64,000 nucleotides of DNA from Heteronotia binoei (Eukaryota). This document shows, in pieces, positions 11,688 to 23,426 of the stretch. Each line of letters opens with the position of its first letter. Position 1 is the first letter of the stretch. The position numbers and the translations under genes are program-made. The notes beneath the pieces were generated by a model. It was given only the letters and a program-made list of their open reading frames with translations. It ran no database searches and was not told the DNA's origin. Location of the stretch: positions 70,990,001 through 71,054,000 of the forward strand of contig NC_083236.1 of assembly GCF_032191835.1 (NCBI RefSeq). The letters are read 5' to 3'.

Positions 11688-11807
11688 GCAAGATGCGGGG
11701 GGGGGGGGGGGGGGGAGGGAGGGGGCCTGATTCTGTGCTCTCTCTGCCTCTGCCCCGAGGAGGGGGCCTGCCTGGTTGTAGACGGTCGGCTGTTCCTCTC
11801 CCCCCAG

Positions 11808-12014
11808 GTTTACAAGCAGAAAGTGAAGCATCTGCTGTACGAGCACCAGAACAACCTGACTGAGTTGAAGGCCGAGGGCACGGTGGCCATGAAGCTGGCC
11901 CAGAAGGACCACCGGTCCCAGGAGATGGAGCTGCGCAAGGACATGCGCACCCTGAAGGTGGAGCTGAAGGAGCAGGAGCTCGCCAATGAGATGGTGGTCA
12001 AGAATCTGCGGCTG
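11808..12014 (+). CDS. GAS8: GAS8 exon 4 ([13 protein letters not shown]...KNLRL)
   Basis: 207 nt, AG/GT flanks. Confidence 0.97.
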
Positions 12015-12125
12015 GTACGTCTCAGGGGAGTCCGGCCCCTCTGGCGGCACCCGGGCCTCAGCCCTGGAAGAAGAGCCCTGCCCGTTGGCAAGGTCTGCCC
12101 CTGATGAGCCTCTTCTCCCTGGCAG

Positions 12126-12180
12126 AAACAACAAGAGGACATGACTGCTCTCCGCTCTGACTTTGAGAGACAAGTGAAAG
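12126..12180 (+). CDS. GAS8: GAS8 exon 5 (KQQEDMTALRSDFERQVK)
   Basis: 55 nt, AG/GT flanks, phase 1 end. Confidence 0.95.
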
Positions 12181-12218
12181 GTCAGTTCTGGGGTTTGCCG
12201 TCCATGTTCAATGAGGAG

Positions 12219-12495
12219 AGCCAGTGCTGCAGTGGTTAAGTGTGTGAACTCTTATTTTGGAGATCCAGGTTTGATTCCCCACTCCTCCACTTGCACCTGC
12301 TGGAATGGCCTTGGGTCAGTCATAGATATCACAGGAGTTGTCCTTGAAAGAGCAGCTTTTGGGAGAGCTCTGTCAGCCCCACCCACATCACAGGGTGTCT
12401 GTTGTGGGGGGGAGGAGATATAGGAGATTGTAAGCCGCTCTGAGTCTCTGATTCAGAGAGAAGGGCGGGGTATAAATCTGCAGTCATCGTCGTCA
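12219..12495 (+). mobile_element. tRNA-derived SINE with L2-like tail (family B)
   Basis: gccagt(t/g)..gtggttaagtgtg...gggtttgattcccc...gggcggggtataaat. Other copies at about 15494-15770, 20099-20378, 21141-21392, 34525-34770 and 63131-63615 (two) on plus, and 25340-25710 and 50650-50932 on minus. Confidence 0.85.
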
Positions 12496-13169
12496 AGGTG
12501 CTCTGAGGCCCTCTTGGCCACAGGCCGAGTAGCTTTGGAGCTGCTTCCCCACAGTTTAGCCCCTCTCCTCCATTTTGGGGAAGGGTGGGTATTTGTAACG
12601 AATAACCACGTTTGTAGCGAGTAACCAAGTGCCCGTAACCACATCTGTCCATTGCTGAAGGGGGTGTGTGTCTGTAGTTGCTGTCCTTTGATTGATAGCT
12701 TGGCTCTTTTGGTTTGCCATAGATTGTCAGTCTGGCTAGGGCCCTTCTTCAGTGGCACTCTGTGTCCTGTGTGCCTTGCAGTTCTCCAAAAGAATGGCCA
12801 AGGCATTACTCTTAAGTGCCAAAGATGTAAGCAAAGACTATTCCAAGATACTGGCAAGTTAAACTCCCTCTAGTAGTGGTGAATGCAGTAGGCACAAAAG
12901 CACTGCTTCTTTAAACACAGCGGGGGTCTTGTAGGATGCCCAGCTCCGCCAACCCTTCTCCCTTCCCTCAGACAGTTGTGTGCTTGTGCCGGGAGTGTCT
13001 TTGCACGCATCTGAGGCTTTCCTGTCAGCCCACCCCTCTCTGTGGGGCTAGGAGGCACCCTGCCCCACCTCCTCTTCCCCCACAGCCCCCTGGTAGAGAC
13101 AGGCATAGCCTCGGCCGCAGCCTTGCCAGCTGAGCCCTCAGTCAGGCCAGCCTGGCACTGCTCCTCCAG

Positions 13170-13375
13170 AGATCGAGGCCAAGTACGAGAAGAAGATGCG
13201 GGTGCTGCGCGATGAGCTCGACCTACGCAGGAAGACGGAGATCCACGAGATCGAGGAGAGGAAGAATGGGCAGATCAACACCCTGATGAAGAATCACGAG
13301 AAGGCCTTCAGCGACATCAAGAACTACTACAACGATGTCACCCTCAACAACCTGGCGCTCATCAACACCCTCAAG
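13170..13375 (+). CDS. GAS8: GAS8 exon 6 ([26 protein letters not shown]...NTLK)
   Basis: 206 nt, AG/GT flanks. Confidence 0.97.
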
Positions 13376-13671
13376 GTAAAGCATGCCCTCCCTGACCCCG
13401 CTACGGGCAAGTCTGGTCTGGCTGCTGGTCCTTTGGGACAGTCCTCCCCCGAGCCTCCCAGGTCCCGAGGGAAGGCCTTTTCCCTGCAGCCAGACTGCCA
13501 AGACTGGGATGCTGCCGTGTGTCATGAGTTCCATTGGGCTCTGGGGGAGAGACCTTTGCCCCGGGGAGTCTCAGCCTGGGTTGGAGGGAACTCAGCTGGG
13601 GTGGGTGTGAGGGGCTGGCCTCTAGGACCAGGGACATGCCTTGCCCTCTGTGTGTCTGCCCGGGAGTGCAG

Positions 13672-13839
13672 GAGCAGATGGAGGAGATGAAGAAGAAGGA
13701 GGACCACCTGGAGAAGGAGATGGCCGAGGTGCTGCTACAGAACAAGCGGCTGACAGAGCCGCTGCAGCGGGCCCGAGAAGAGGTGGCCGAGCTGCAGAAG
13801 AAGCTGGCCCACTACGAGAAGGACAAGATCTCTCTGGTG
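13672..13839 (+). CDS. GAS8: GAS8 exon 7 ([15 protein letters not shown]...DKISLV)
   Basis: 168 nt, gtgagt donor. Confidence 0.96.
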
Positions 13840-14577
13840 GTGAGTCCCGGGGCTCTGCAGTGCACTTCCCCACTTGCACTCTGCTGTACTCAGTAGTGCC
13901 CTCTGTGGGTGAGACTGGGGAAAACATTGGGCTAAGATACACTGAGCTTTGCCTGAGCTGGAGGCCACACCATGTAACCACTAACCGCTTGTATTGAACG
14001 TCCTGTCCTGTTCCGGTGGAGAGGCATTTCACTTTTGGGGCTTTTGGACAGACACGTTTGTACTGTGTCAAAGACAGCTAATCTCTGCTGTTGCCTGATA
14101 TCTCTTTTGTTGTTACTTACTTCATTTATACAACACTTTTTGTCAACATGGGAATCCAGAGTGGTTCAGAATATTCTCCTTTTCTCTGTTTTATTCTTGT
14201 AGCGATGCTTGACAAGGTCTTAGCCTGTGTTACCTGTTTGTTGGTCCTCCAGAGCAGCTGGCTGGCCACTGTGTGAAACAGATGTTGGCCTGGAGGAACC
14301 ACAGCTGCTTCCTGTGTCATGTTGTTCTGCTGAGATGTGCCACAGTTTTTGTCATGTTTGGAAAAAACCCAACAAAGTCCACCCCAGAACTCATAGAGCT
14401 GGTCTTTGCAGCTTGAGGTAGTTGAGTAACACCTGAGGACAAGTGGAGAGAAACTCTCCTCCAGATGCCTTCCCTTCCCCACTGCCTTGTGCTTCTCTTT
14501 CTCTTTTTTGCTGCTTGGTTTAGAGTAGAACAAACACCTCCCGACTTCTGTATTAACCTTTTCCTTTCCTCCCCCAG

Positions 14578-14664
14578 AGCACGCAGGCCCGCCTGAAAGT
14601 CGCCCAAAAGGAACTGAAGGATCTCCAGTGGGAACATGAAGTGCTGGAGCAAAGATTCAGCACG
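14578..14664 (+). CDS. GAS8: GAS8 exon 8 (STQARLKVAQKELKDLQWEHEVLEQRFST)
   Basis: 87 nt, strong polypyrimidine acceptor, gtgaga donor. Confidence 0.96.
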
Positions 14665-16380
14665 GTGAGACCTATTGGGGACTCCTGCTGTGTGTCTGAT
14701 TTGTGTCTTGCTGGGCAGGCGGGTGGGACAGAAGCGGTGGGCATGCTGGGCTGCTGTGCCAAGGGGAAGACCCAGGCCTGCTTCCTGAGCCCTCTGCCCC
14801 TCCCCCCTGCCCCCTGGCAGTGCTGGAACCCCAGGCGTTTCGTGCTGAGAACTGTGGCATTTCCCTTCATCTCCTGCTTTCGCTCTCTGTGTCCCTGGCT
14901 TTCCACAGGGAGGACCCACAATAAAGGTGGCGCCAAGTGTGTGGCTTGGTGCCTTCCGGGGGGTGGGATGTTGTCTTTTAGAATTCCCGGGAAAGCTTGG
15001 CCGGGCAACGACATGTCTTCCTCTGTTCAGTCTCCAGCAGCAGCTGCCCAAAGAGAGCAAGGGTGCCTGGGAGGGAGAGGGAGAGGGAAGGACTCTCCTG
15101 TTCTCCACTCAGCAGCCCGGCCTCCTGTGTTGTATGCAGGGGTTGCAGCTCAGTTCCTAGCAGGCCGGGGGACTTTCTCCCGCATGGGGCTCATCTGCAG
15201 TTGCGCAGTGATCGGGGACCTCGTTAGCAACTCGCCATTAAGATAACCAGCGGGTTGTAATGAGGGTGCCCTTGTGAGAAATGGGTCAGATTGCCCCTCC
15301 CCCGCAATGCTGCTTTGTCCCTGAATGCTGTTCTCTTGCTGGGTGCCCGTTGCCCCCTCCATTGTCTGATCGTAGAAATGTTTTCACCTAGCTTTTCTAC
15401 TACTCTGTAAATTCAAAGTAGCTCACAATTTGGAGCCAGTAACAAAAGTCGATAAGCGAGTCCCGGTCTTACTTCGCCGTCTTCAACGTTCCCCAGTTTG
15501 GTGTAGTGGTGAAGTGTGCGGACTCTTATCTGGGAGAACCGGGTTTGATTCCCCACTCCTCCACTTGCAGCTGCTGGAATGGCCTTGGGTCAGCCAGAGC
15601 TCTGGCAGAGTTGTCCTTGAAAGGGCAGCTTTTGTCAGAGCTCTCTCAGCCCCACCCACCTCACAGGGTGTCTCTTGTGGGGGGCGGGGAAGGTAAAGGA
15701 GATGGTGACCGCTCTGAGACTCTGATATTCAGAGTATAGGGTGGGATATAAATCCAATATCTTCTTCTTTCCTCTCCTTACTGGGCTTCAGCTGAGGACA
15801 AGGCATTGCTGGCCCCTATGGGAATATCCAGCAGATGTGGGGGGAGGTGTCTTTGCTGATGGATCCAGAAGCGTGAGGCCTGTGTTGGCTCCGTTCCTTT
15901 GCCGAACACCGCTTCCTTGGAGAAGATGCTCAGGAGAGGCAGGGGCCCAGAGCCTGCCAGGGAGCCTCCCTCCTGCCCTCCCCGTGGAAGAGACCCCCTC
16001 TGCAGCTGCCCTTCCTTTGGCCTCTGTGGCAAGCCCTTTTCATTTGGTGGAGGGGAAGGGAAGAGTTTGGCAGGAAAGGTTTTAACCTGTTTGCTCACTC
16101 TTCAAAATTGGCTTTCATTGGTGCTTTCATTCACCTGCCCAAAGCAGGGCTTTTTTTGTGAAAAAGCCCAGCAGGAACTCCTTTGCATGTTAGGCCACAC
16201 CCCCTGCTGCCAAGCCAGCCGGAACTGTGTTCCTGTGCATTCCTGCTTAGAAAAAGCCCCGGGCCAAAGTATTTGATGTGTGCGAGCAAAAGCGTATTGG
16301 CCAGCATCGGGGCTCTGGGACAAGACCTGTTGTGGAGCTCTTCTGAAGCGTGCGGCTGGTTGGGTGTCTCCCCGCTGCAG

Positions 16381-16590
16381 GTTCAGGCTGAGCGAGACGA
16401 GCTTTACCAGAAGTTCACCAAAGCCATTAACGAGGTGCAGCAGAAAACGGGCTTCAAGAACCTGCTGCTGGAGCGGAAGCTGCAGGGCCTCTCCAACATC
16501 CTGGAGAAGAAGGAGGTGCAGCTGAACGAGGTGCTGGCGGCCTCCAACCTGGACCCCAGCGCTCTGACCGTGGTCACCCGGAAGCTGGAG
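16381..16590 (+). CDS. GAS8: GAS8 exon 9 ([22 protein letters not shown]...TRKLE)
   Basis: 210 nt, AG/GT flanks. Confidence 0.97.
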
Positions 16591-18123
16591 GTACTGCCTG
16601 CCCCCTTGGGGAAAAACTGTTGGGGTGCGGAGGGGCGGCTTTGGGTGGGGTCCGTGGACAGCCTGACAGGTGCAGTCGCAGCGCGTCAGCTCAACCTTCT
16701 GGCAAAGGAAGTGGGGAGGGTGTCTCTTACATTGTATTTTGGGGAGCTGTGGACAGAAGTCGCTTGGGGAGGAAGCGGGAGGAGCAAGACTGGACTCGCA
16801 CACCAGGCCGGCACCAGCTTCTGCATGCTCAGGGCAGGCCTCTTAAGCCTCTCGTCCTTTGAGCTCCCGCTGGAGCACGGTTGTAGTCCAGAGGCATGAG
16901 GTTGTGTTCAGCATCCCACTGAAGGGCTGGAGAGAGGCACGGGGAGAGAGGACAGCGGGAGGAGTGGCAGAGTTTCCCAGAGTGGGCTTTTTGCTCGTGA
17001 CCAGACGGAGCGAGATCCAGGAGCAGATTTCCACAGCAAATGGCAGCTCCAGGGCTGCAATGTCGGGGAGGGAGGAGTTGCCCCCCCTCCCCCTTTCAAG
17101 CTTGCGGAGGGAGGCAGGGATACTGCTGAACTGTCCCTCTCCCTTTGTGAGCTAAACAGTGGCCTGAGCCTGATGTTGGGAAAATGACATGAGGGAGGAA
17201 GGGTTCAGTCCCTTTCCCCTGCATTGTGGCCCCGATACACAGGGCGTACACCCGCCTCGTACCATTCCCTCGCATTGAAAGCCATGCAGAAGATCCAGCA
17301 GCTCTTTGCATTCTTTGTGTGGTGTGAACGTCCCTCACGGGATGTGGACTGTGCAGCATCTTGGCCTTCTGGCTAGGCTGCAGGGTGGGGGGCTGAGGAG
17401 GAGGGAGCCTTCCGAGTGCCTTTCCCTTCCCTCGGATTTGTACCATCTTCAGAAATATAGTGCTGGGTTGTTCAGGGGTCTTTAGCAGGAATCACACACG
17501 GCCTCCCCCCCTGCATGCCAGCGAGGCATGAGTGGGCCAAGTGCCGTCCCTGCTGTGGGCTCCAGGGTGGGGCTGCCCAGCTGGAAGGAGGGAGAGCCTC
17601 ACGCTGCCCTGATCAGGCTGACACCTTCTGGGGCTCTCAGTCTTCTAGATGCCCTCAGGACTCAGCCCAGCTTCATCTCGCCCTCTTCCACTCTATTGGG
17701 ATCCAACAGTCACCAGCTGCCCCTGCTCTCTCTTTTTTTGGCCACTCAGCCTCTTGGGACGTCTCAGGCCCAGAAGGGCTACTCACCCTTTCAGAATGCT
17801 CCTCTTGCCGCTTTGCCGGAGAGCTGGCTCAGTAGAATATCCCCCCCTCCCCACACACACCCCCATCGCACTGCCAGCCCTCAGATCCAAGGGCCAGGGA
17901 ATGCCGGGGACACCCCAGACTCCTTTCCAGGGCAGCCTCTGCAGAGGAGACGTCTGCCTGGGGAAGGGACTGAGCAGCGTCCACATTCCAGGCTCTGGCA
18001 GGCGCCAGTAATTGGAGAAGCATCTCCGCAGATTTCCTTCCCGTGGCTTGGTGCCTCCTTGCACCAGCTGCTTCCCCCACCCCCCAAAAAGCGCTGCACT
18101 CAACTGCTATTTGTACAGCAGGC

Positions 18124-18550
18124 ATATGAACATATGAAGCTGCCTTCTACTGAATCAGACCCCCCTCGGTCCATCAAAGTCAGTCTTGTCTACTCAGACT
18201 GGCAGCGGCTCTCCAGGGTCTCAAGCTGAGGTTTTTCACGCCTACTTGCCTGGACCCTTTTTAGTTGGAGATGCCAGGGATTGAACTTGGGACCTCCTGC
18301 TTACCAAGCAGATGCTCTACCACTGAGCCACCATTTCTTTCCTAATATGAACATATGAAGTTGCCTTATACTGAATCAGACCCCCTTGGTCTATCAAAGT
18401 CAGTCTTGTCTACTCAGACTGGCAGCGGCTCTCCAGGGTCTCAAGCTGAGGTATTCCACGCCTACTTGCCTGGACCCTTTTGAGTTGAACATGCTGGGGA
18501 TTGAACCTGGGACCTTCTGCTTCCCAAGCAGATGCTCCACCACTGAGCCA
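18124..18550 (-). mobile_element. Two tandem family A SINEs in GAS8 intron 9
   Basis: Same unit as 7985-8825. Confidence 0.88.
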
Positions 18551-19131
18551 TATATCCAGAGGCACTTTCCAGCATGGTACTCCATCCAGGTATCGGGTCC
18601 CGCACCAAGATATTGCAATGTTGGCAGCTCTGGGTTGCAGATTTCCGCTCCCTCTGTCCGAGCGGGGGAGAGGTTATGGGATGAGCCCTGGCCACTTGCA
18701 ACACATTGAGGGGTCTTGGGTTCTTGGGAACAGAGAGAGCCAGGGCAGCCTGCAGAATCTCCTTTTGGTGCATTTTGTTCCCTTGTGATCATGCTGTGTG
18801 AGTTGGGGATTGGGCAGCTTGTATGCAGAGTGGAATCCTGAAGCAGCTCTGCTTTCCAGTCACGAGGAAATGAGAGCTGCAGACAGAGCCGTGGCAGTGG
18901 GGGGTGGGTGCTGCTAAGGACGCTCCCTCTCAGAGGCCTGAGGAAGACCAGTCGGGAATTGCAGTCTGTCTGGAGGTGGGCCATATTTAGGGTGCAGGAT
19001 TTGCAGAGGGGAAAGATGCCGTTGCAGGGCTGTGGCAGAGAAGGTAGCCAGCTTTGCCTATCGCACACCAGCCAGTTGCCCTGTGCCGCGTCATGTCTTA
19101 ATGTGCTTCTGGTGGTCTTCTTCCTCCCCAG

Positions 19132-19197
19132 GACGTCCTGGATTCCAAGAACAGTGCCATCAAGGACCTGCAGTATGAGCTGGCCCGAGTGTGCAAG
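19132..19197 (+). CDS. GAS8: GAS8 exon 10 ([22 protein letters not shown])
   Basis: 66 nt, AG/GT flanks. Confidence 0.96.
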
Positions 19198-20758
19198 GTG
19201 AGGGAGGGGCTCACGGAGAGACCTGCATCAGGGTCTTGGGAGAGGCAGGGAAAGGGACCCTTTAGATCCAGACGCTTGGCCTTGGGTCCTTTGCTAAAGA
19301 GCCTCTGGAACAGTCGGAAGAAGCACTTCCTTTTAATTTTGCTAAAGCTTTGGGTCACAACCGATCCCGGTGGCTGGCCAAGATGAGAGGCCTCCTCTCC
19401 TTTTTCGGCTGTTAATAATTTGAGAGCGAAGTTTCTCCCTTTCCTTCCCTGGGCCGCTTAGAAACTTACCTCCCTGAATTCCGTCCGCCCTTTGGTTCAT
19501 TTTTTTTAAACCTAGTCAGCCTTTGCTGGTCTTGGCATTTCCTCCAAACGTAGTCCGGGTCATCTCATTTGCCCTTTTCCTTCTCTTTGGAGACATTTTG
19601 GGAATGGGAAGTCATCATTACACAGGCTAGCCTGGAGAGTCCTCTGCGCGTAGAGGCATCATGAACACAGACACATGCAGAGGAAGACCTGTACAACCTT
19701 GCGTGAGAGAGGAAGCCCCGTCTCTCCCCCTCTCCCCACTGGCCCCTTTTCCTCCCTGCTTCTTTTCCCTGGAGCCAACAGGGCCAGTCACTGGAGGGGG
19801 CTGCAGTCGAAAGTGCAGACTGCTTGTAGAGGAGCCAGCTGATGGAGGCAGGGGAGGCGTAGGCAAGACTGCCAGGCAGGCCTTTTGCTCCAAGCCCAGG
19901 CACACCCACACCCACACCCCAGCCTACAGTAGCTGGGGGAAGGAGGCGGAGTGGAAAGGCCACCCTCTGCTCTAAGCTTCTCTCACAGGCCCCTGCTTCA
20001 TCTGGCTGCCAGCAGCATCTCCTCCTCCCATCTTCAGCGGAGCCAGTTTATAATAATAATAATAAATTTTTAATTTATATCCCACCCTTCCCACCAAAGC
20101 AGTTTGGTGTAGTGGTTAAGTGTGTGGACTTTTAGCTGGGAGAACCGGGTTTGATTCCCCACTCCTCCACTTGCACCTGCTGGAATGGCCTTGGGTCAGC
20201 CATAGCTATCACAGGAGTTGTCCTTGAAAGGGCAGCTGCTGTAAGAGCTCTCTCAGCCCCACCTACCTCACAGAGTGTCTGTTGTGGGGGAGGAAGGGAA
20301 AGGAGATTTTAGGCTACTCTGAGACTGTGATTCAGAGAGAAAGGCAGGGGCTAAATCAGCAGTCTTCTTCTTCTTCTTGCTGCGACCCCTCGTAGAGCTT
20401 CCACAGCCATCCCCTCCCCATCCTGCCACTTATAATGTTGACTGTGGTCTCACTCGATATTTTTTAGCTGCAGGGCCTACACAAGCAGAGATGTCGCTTC
20501 TCCAGTTTGTTTCTAATTAACTTTTGGGTTCATCTGCAAACCCGTGGGTTCCCGCAGGTTTATAAAAGGGGAAACCACCCCCCCATCAGTATCTAGTCCC
20601 CTTGTGTGGATTCTTTGATCTGCATTCTGAAGTGATCCAGAGCAGAATGAGGCAAAAGGAAATCTACACGTAGCAGATGATGGTTGCTGACGTTGTTCTT
20701 TGCCTCAGTGCTTCCCTCAACTGCAGCCTCCTGTTCTCTCCCCCACCCCCTCTTGCAG

Positions 20759-20908
20759 GCGCACAACGACCTCTTGCGGACCTACGAGGCCAAGCTGACA
20801 GCTTTTGGGATCCCCTTGGACAATCTGGGCTTCAAGCCACTGGAGACCTCCGTGGTGGGCCACATTCTGGGCCAAGGCCCTGCTGGACTTGTCTCGACCC
20901 CCACCTAG
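20759..20908 (+). CDS. GAS8: GAS8 exon 11 ([13 protein letters not shown]...GLVSTPT-stop)
   Basis: 150 nt to TAG. Exons sum to 1461 nt (486 aa) with no frame break. Confidence 0.96.
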   Translation, partial: AHNDLLRTYEAKLTAFGIPLDNLGFKPLETSVVGHILGQGPAGLVSTPT

Positions 20909-21039
20909 CAGCCCCCCACCCCCTCCGTGTTCTCCTCCAGAAGGCGTCCAGCCAGAGCACCACACGTCTTTCTTCGCCCTCCGGGGGCTGAGGACGGCGC
21001 AAGGCTGGGACTGGGCTGGCCCAGTCAACTTTCCTCTGC

Positions 21040-21045
21040 ATTAAA
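21040..21045 (+). terminator. Candidate GAS8 polyadenylation signal ATTAAA
   Basis: About 130 nt after the stop codon, before an intergenic SINE. Confidence 0.45.
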
Positions 21046-21535
21046 TAGACCCTGCAAGGGTGGTTTGTACACTGGCTCTGCAAAGGCAGCCTTTTTCACC
21101 CTCTGCCTCCCCCTTCTAGTTCCAGAGTGCTTGGAAAAAGCCAGTTTGGTGTAGCAGTGAAGTGTGTGGACTCTTATCTGGGAGAACCGGGTGTGATTCC
21201 CCACTCCCCCATTTGCAACTGCTGGAATGGCCTTGGGTCAGCCAGAGCTCTCCTTGAAAGGGCAGCTGCTGTGAGAGCTCTCTCAGCCCCACCCGCCTCA
21301 CAGGGTGTCTGTTGTGGGGGAGGAAGGGAAAGGAGATTGTGAGCCACTCTGAGATTCGGAGTGGAGGGTGGGATATAAATCCAGTATCTTCTTGGAAGAC
21401 TGGGCATGGTCCTGAGGCAGCAGCCATGGGCCCCTCATCCCCTCGCCCCCAGCATGGTTTGCATGTGTGAGAGGCCAGGCATCACCCAGAAGCCTTAATG
21501 TTTGCTCTTGCAATGACTCTTTGAGGGGGAAGCCT

Positions 21536-21541
21536 TTTATT
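21536..21541 (-). terminator. Candidate URAH polyadenylation signal AATAAA
   Basis: tttatt on plus strand, about 40 nt past the URAH stop. Confidence 0.55.
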
Positions 21542-21580
21542 ATCACCCTTGGGCCTGCCGCTCCTCTGGCCTCTCTTCTG

Positions 21581-21670
21581 CTAGTTCCCCCGGTAAGTGG
21601 TGTAGGAGTAGGGGCTGAACAGCAGGGGGATGTGGACCTTCCGTTCTGCTTCTGTCACTGTGAAGACGAC
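21581..21670 (-). CDS. URAH: 5-hydroxyisourate hydrolase, last exon (VVFTVTEAERKVHIPLLFSPYSYTTYRGN-stop)
   Basis: tttcag acceptor; HIPLLxSPYSYTTYRG signature of the HIUase/transthyretin-related family. Confidence 0.93.
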   Translation of the reverse strand, partial: VVFTVTEAERKVHIPLLFSPYSYTTYRGN

Positions 21671-22062
21671 CTGAAACAGACAAGGGGGGCGGGTTCCTGA
21701 GCTCCTGGGCTGCCAGCTCCCATTGGCCTCCTCGTCGACTGCCTGCAGGATAGACTTGGCCGTGTGCCCAGAGCACCACTGGAACCACCCAAGGGCCCTG
21801 ATGTCTCCAGATGCCATTGCGGGTAATTGCCCTCCTAGCCCCCCCCATACACGCCTTTTATGATGGAACTTCAGTGCCTGCACATGTGCCCCTTGTGGGG
21901 ACAGCCCCTCGCAGCAGGCAGAGCACAGGAGGGGGTGAGGCCCTTCGGGGGGGGGACCCACAGGATTCTGGGCCTCCTTCACACCTTCCAGCCCTTCTCC
22001 CCAAGGGGCCTGCAACCCTCTCTCGACACCACCCCCCTGCTTGCCCAGTGCAGGAGACTTAC

Positions 22063-22201
22063 TTCCACATAGGGGTAGAAGCTGGGGTGGCCCTGCTCCT
22101 CCCAGTAAGCGCTCGTTTCAAAGCGCAGCTTGTAGGTGCCCGGCTCCAGCCTCTTGGGTATCACGCTGCTGTAGTCTAGGCGCCCGCTGGCGTTCGTAGT
22201 G
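22063..22201 (-). CDS. URAH: URAH penultimate exon (TTNASGRL...PGTYKLRFETSAYW...SFYPYVE)
   Basis: 139 nt, ttccag acceptor, gtaagt donor; GxYKLxFxTxxYW and FYPYVE motifs. Confidence 0.93.
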
Positions 22202-22279
22202 CTGGAATGGAAACAAGCGTTGGAGGCACCTGCAACCACCCTGCCCACTTAGAGGGGGGCTTCCGCTGCCACCACCTAC

Positions 22280-22422
22280 TTTTTACTCATCCGGGCCCAC
22301 GGCCCATGAGGATCCTCCAGCTGGGCGAGGTGCACGGCCAGGCCGCTTGCAGGGAGGCCAGTGAGGACGTTCAGCGCGTGGACCGTCAGCGCAGGGTGGG
22401 GAGCCCCATCCGGGCCAGCAGC
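22280..22422 (-). CDS. URAH: URAH exon 2 (AAGPDGAPHPALTVHALNVLTGLPASGLAVHL...WARMSK); start codon unresolved
   Basis: cttcccag acceptor, gtaggt donor, phase 2 end matching the next exon; LTxHxLNxxxGxPA motif with catalytic His. The ATG at 22409 is out of frame by one base. Confidence 0.85.
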
Positions 22423-22832
22423 CTGGGAAGCAGAGCGAGATAGAGGCCCCCAGCTGTGGTGTGTCCAGCAGAGGATGCCCCAGTCGGCCCACTCAGAAAC
22501 CTCCTTGGAGCTTTAGTGCCAAAGCTGCCCCCGCCCCCAGCAGCCTGGGCTGGTTGTTTTATTGCTCTGGCTGTGGGGTAGACGGGGCAGCAGCAGAGGC
22601 AGCTCCTTCTTGCCCAGAGCAGAGGATGTTGTCACCCTGCGTCAATCTGCCTTGGACTCAAGATGGGTGGCCACAGTGGTCTGTCTGCTGCAGCAGAAAA
22701 GAGCCAGAATCCAGAAGCACCTTCAAGCCTAACTCAACTTCTGGCAGGGGAGGAGTCACTGCTCACTTCTTCAGCTCCTTCTCTGCCACGAATGTTGTTA
22801 GTCCTGAAGGTCCTTCTTGTACCTTCTCCACT

Positions 22833-23030
22833 GCCTTCTAATGAATCAGACCTGCCTTGGCCCATCATGCTGCAGCTCTCCAGGGTCTCAGGCAGAGAAA
22901 GGCCTTTCACATCACCTGCTGCCTGGTCCTTCGAACTGGAGATGCTGCCGGGGATTGCATAAGAACATGAGCCTGGGTCCTTCTGCATGCCAAGCAGATG
23001 CTCTCCCACTGAGCCACCGCCCCTCCCTGT
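22833..23030 (-). mobile_element. Diverged family A SINE upstream of URAH exon 2
   Basis: ctgccttctaatgaatcagacc...cagatgctctcccactgagccacc. Confidence 0.75.
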
Positions 23031-23415
23031 CCTGGCTCTAGTCCAGAACTTTGGAGATGCGTGCTAGCACCAGTGGCTTTTGAGAGGGGATTGGCAGCAA
23101 AGGCTGCCCAACCTAGAAGGATTTTGGCTTCATGATGGAAGGCAGGGTGGAGGGCTGTGAGCAGCCTGCCCAGCTGCCTGCCGTTAGTTCTTCTCTGGCG
23201 GAGTTCTCTGCCTGGCGCAGGCCTGGCACATGGAGGGTGGGGCTGTCCCTGCTGCTGGCTTCCATCCCACCCACCCCCCTGCCTCCAGTCTCACATGGTC
23301 CAGGGGTTGCACTCCATCCCTTTGCTGGTTTCCCTGCTCCATTTCTCTTGGGACTAGGAGGGTGTTCCTGATCCCGCCCCCCTTGGCATCATTTCCTGAG
23401 AGTGCAAGGGCAGCA

Positions 23416-23426
23416 GTGACTCAGCA
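23416..23426. promoter_or_regulatory. ARE/MARE consensus GTGACTCAGCA upstream of URAH
   Basis: Exact RTGACnnnGC match with an AP-1 core, next to a GTTAAT HNF1-type half-site; function untested. Confidence 0.3.

Noticed and set aside
11202-12173. 323-aa and 233-aa antisense ORFs over GAS8 exons (also 16102-16803)
   Set aside because: These are antisense shadows of coding exons with strong codon bias.
22690-22730. Plus-strand peptide KRARIQKHLQ resembling a PTS2 signal
   Set aside because: It is on the wrong strand for URAH, has no start codon and is followed by a stop.
22764-22870. SINE-derived ATG with a phase-0 GTGAGC donor that could give URAH an in-frame start (MMGQGRSD...GAEE)
   Set aside because: Formally compatible, but it has no homology or expression support; kept only as a fallback to test by RACE.
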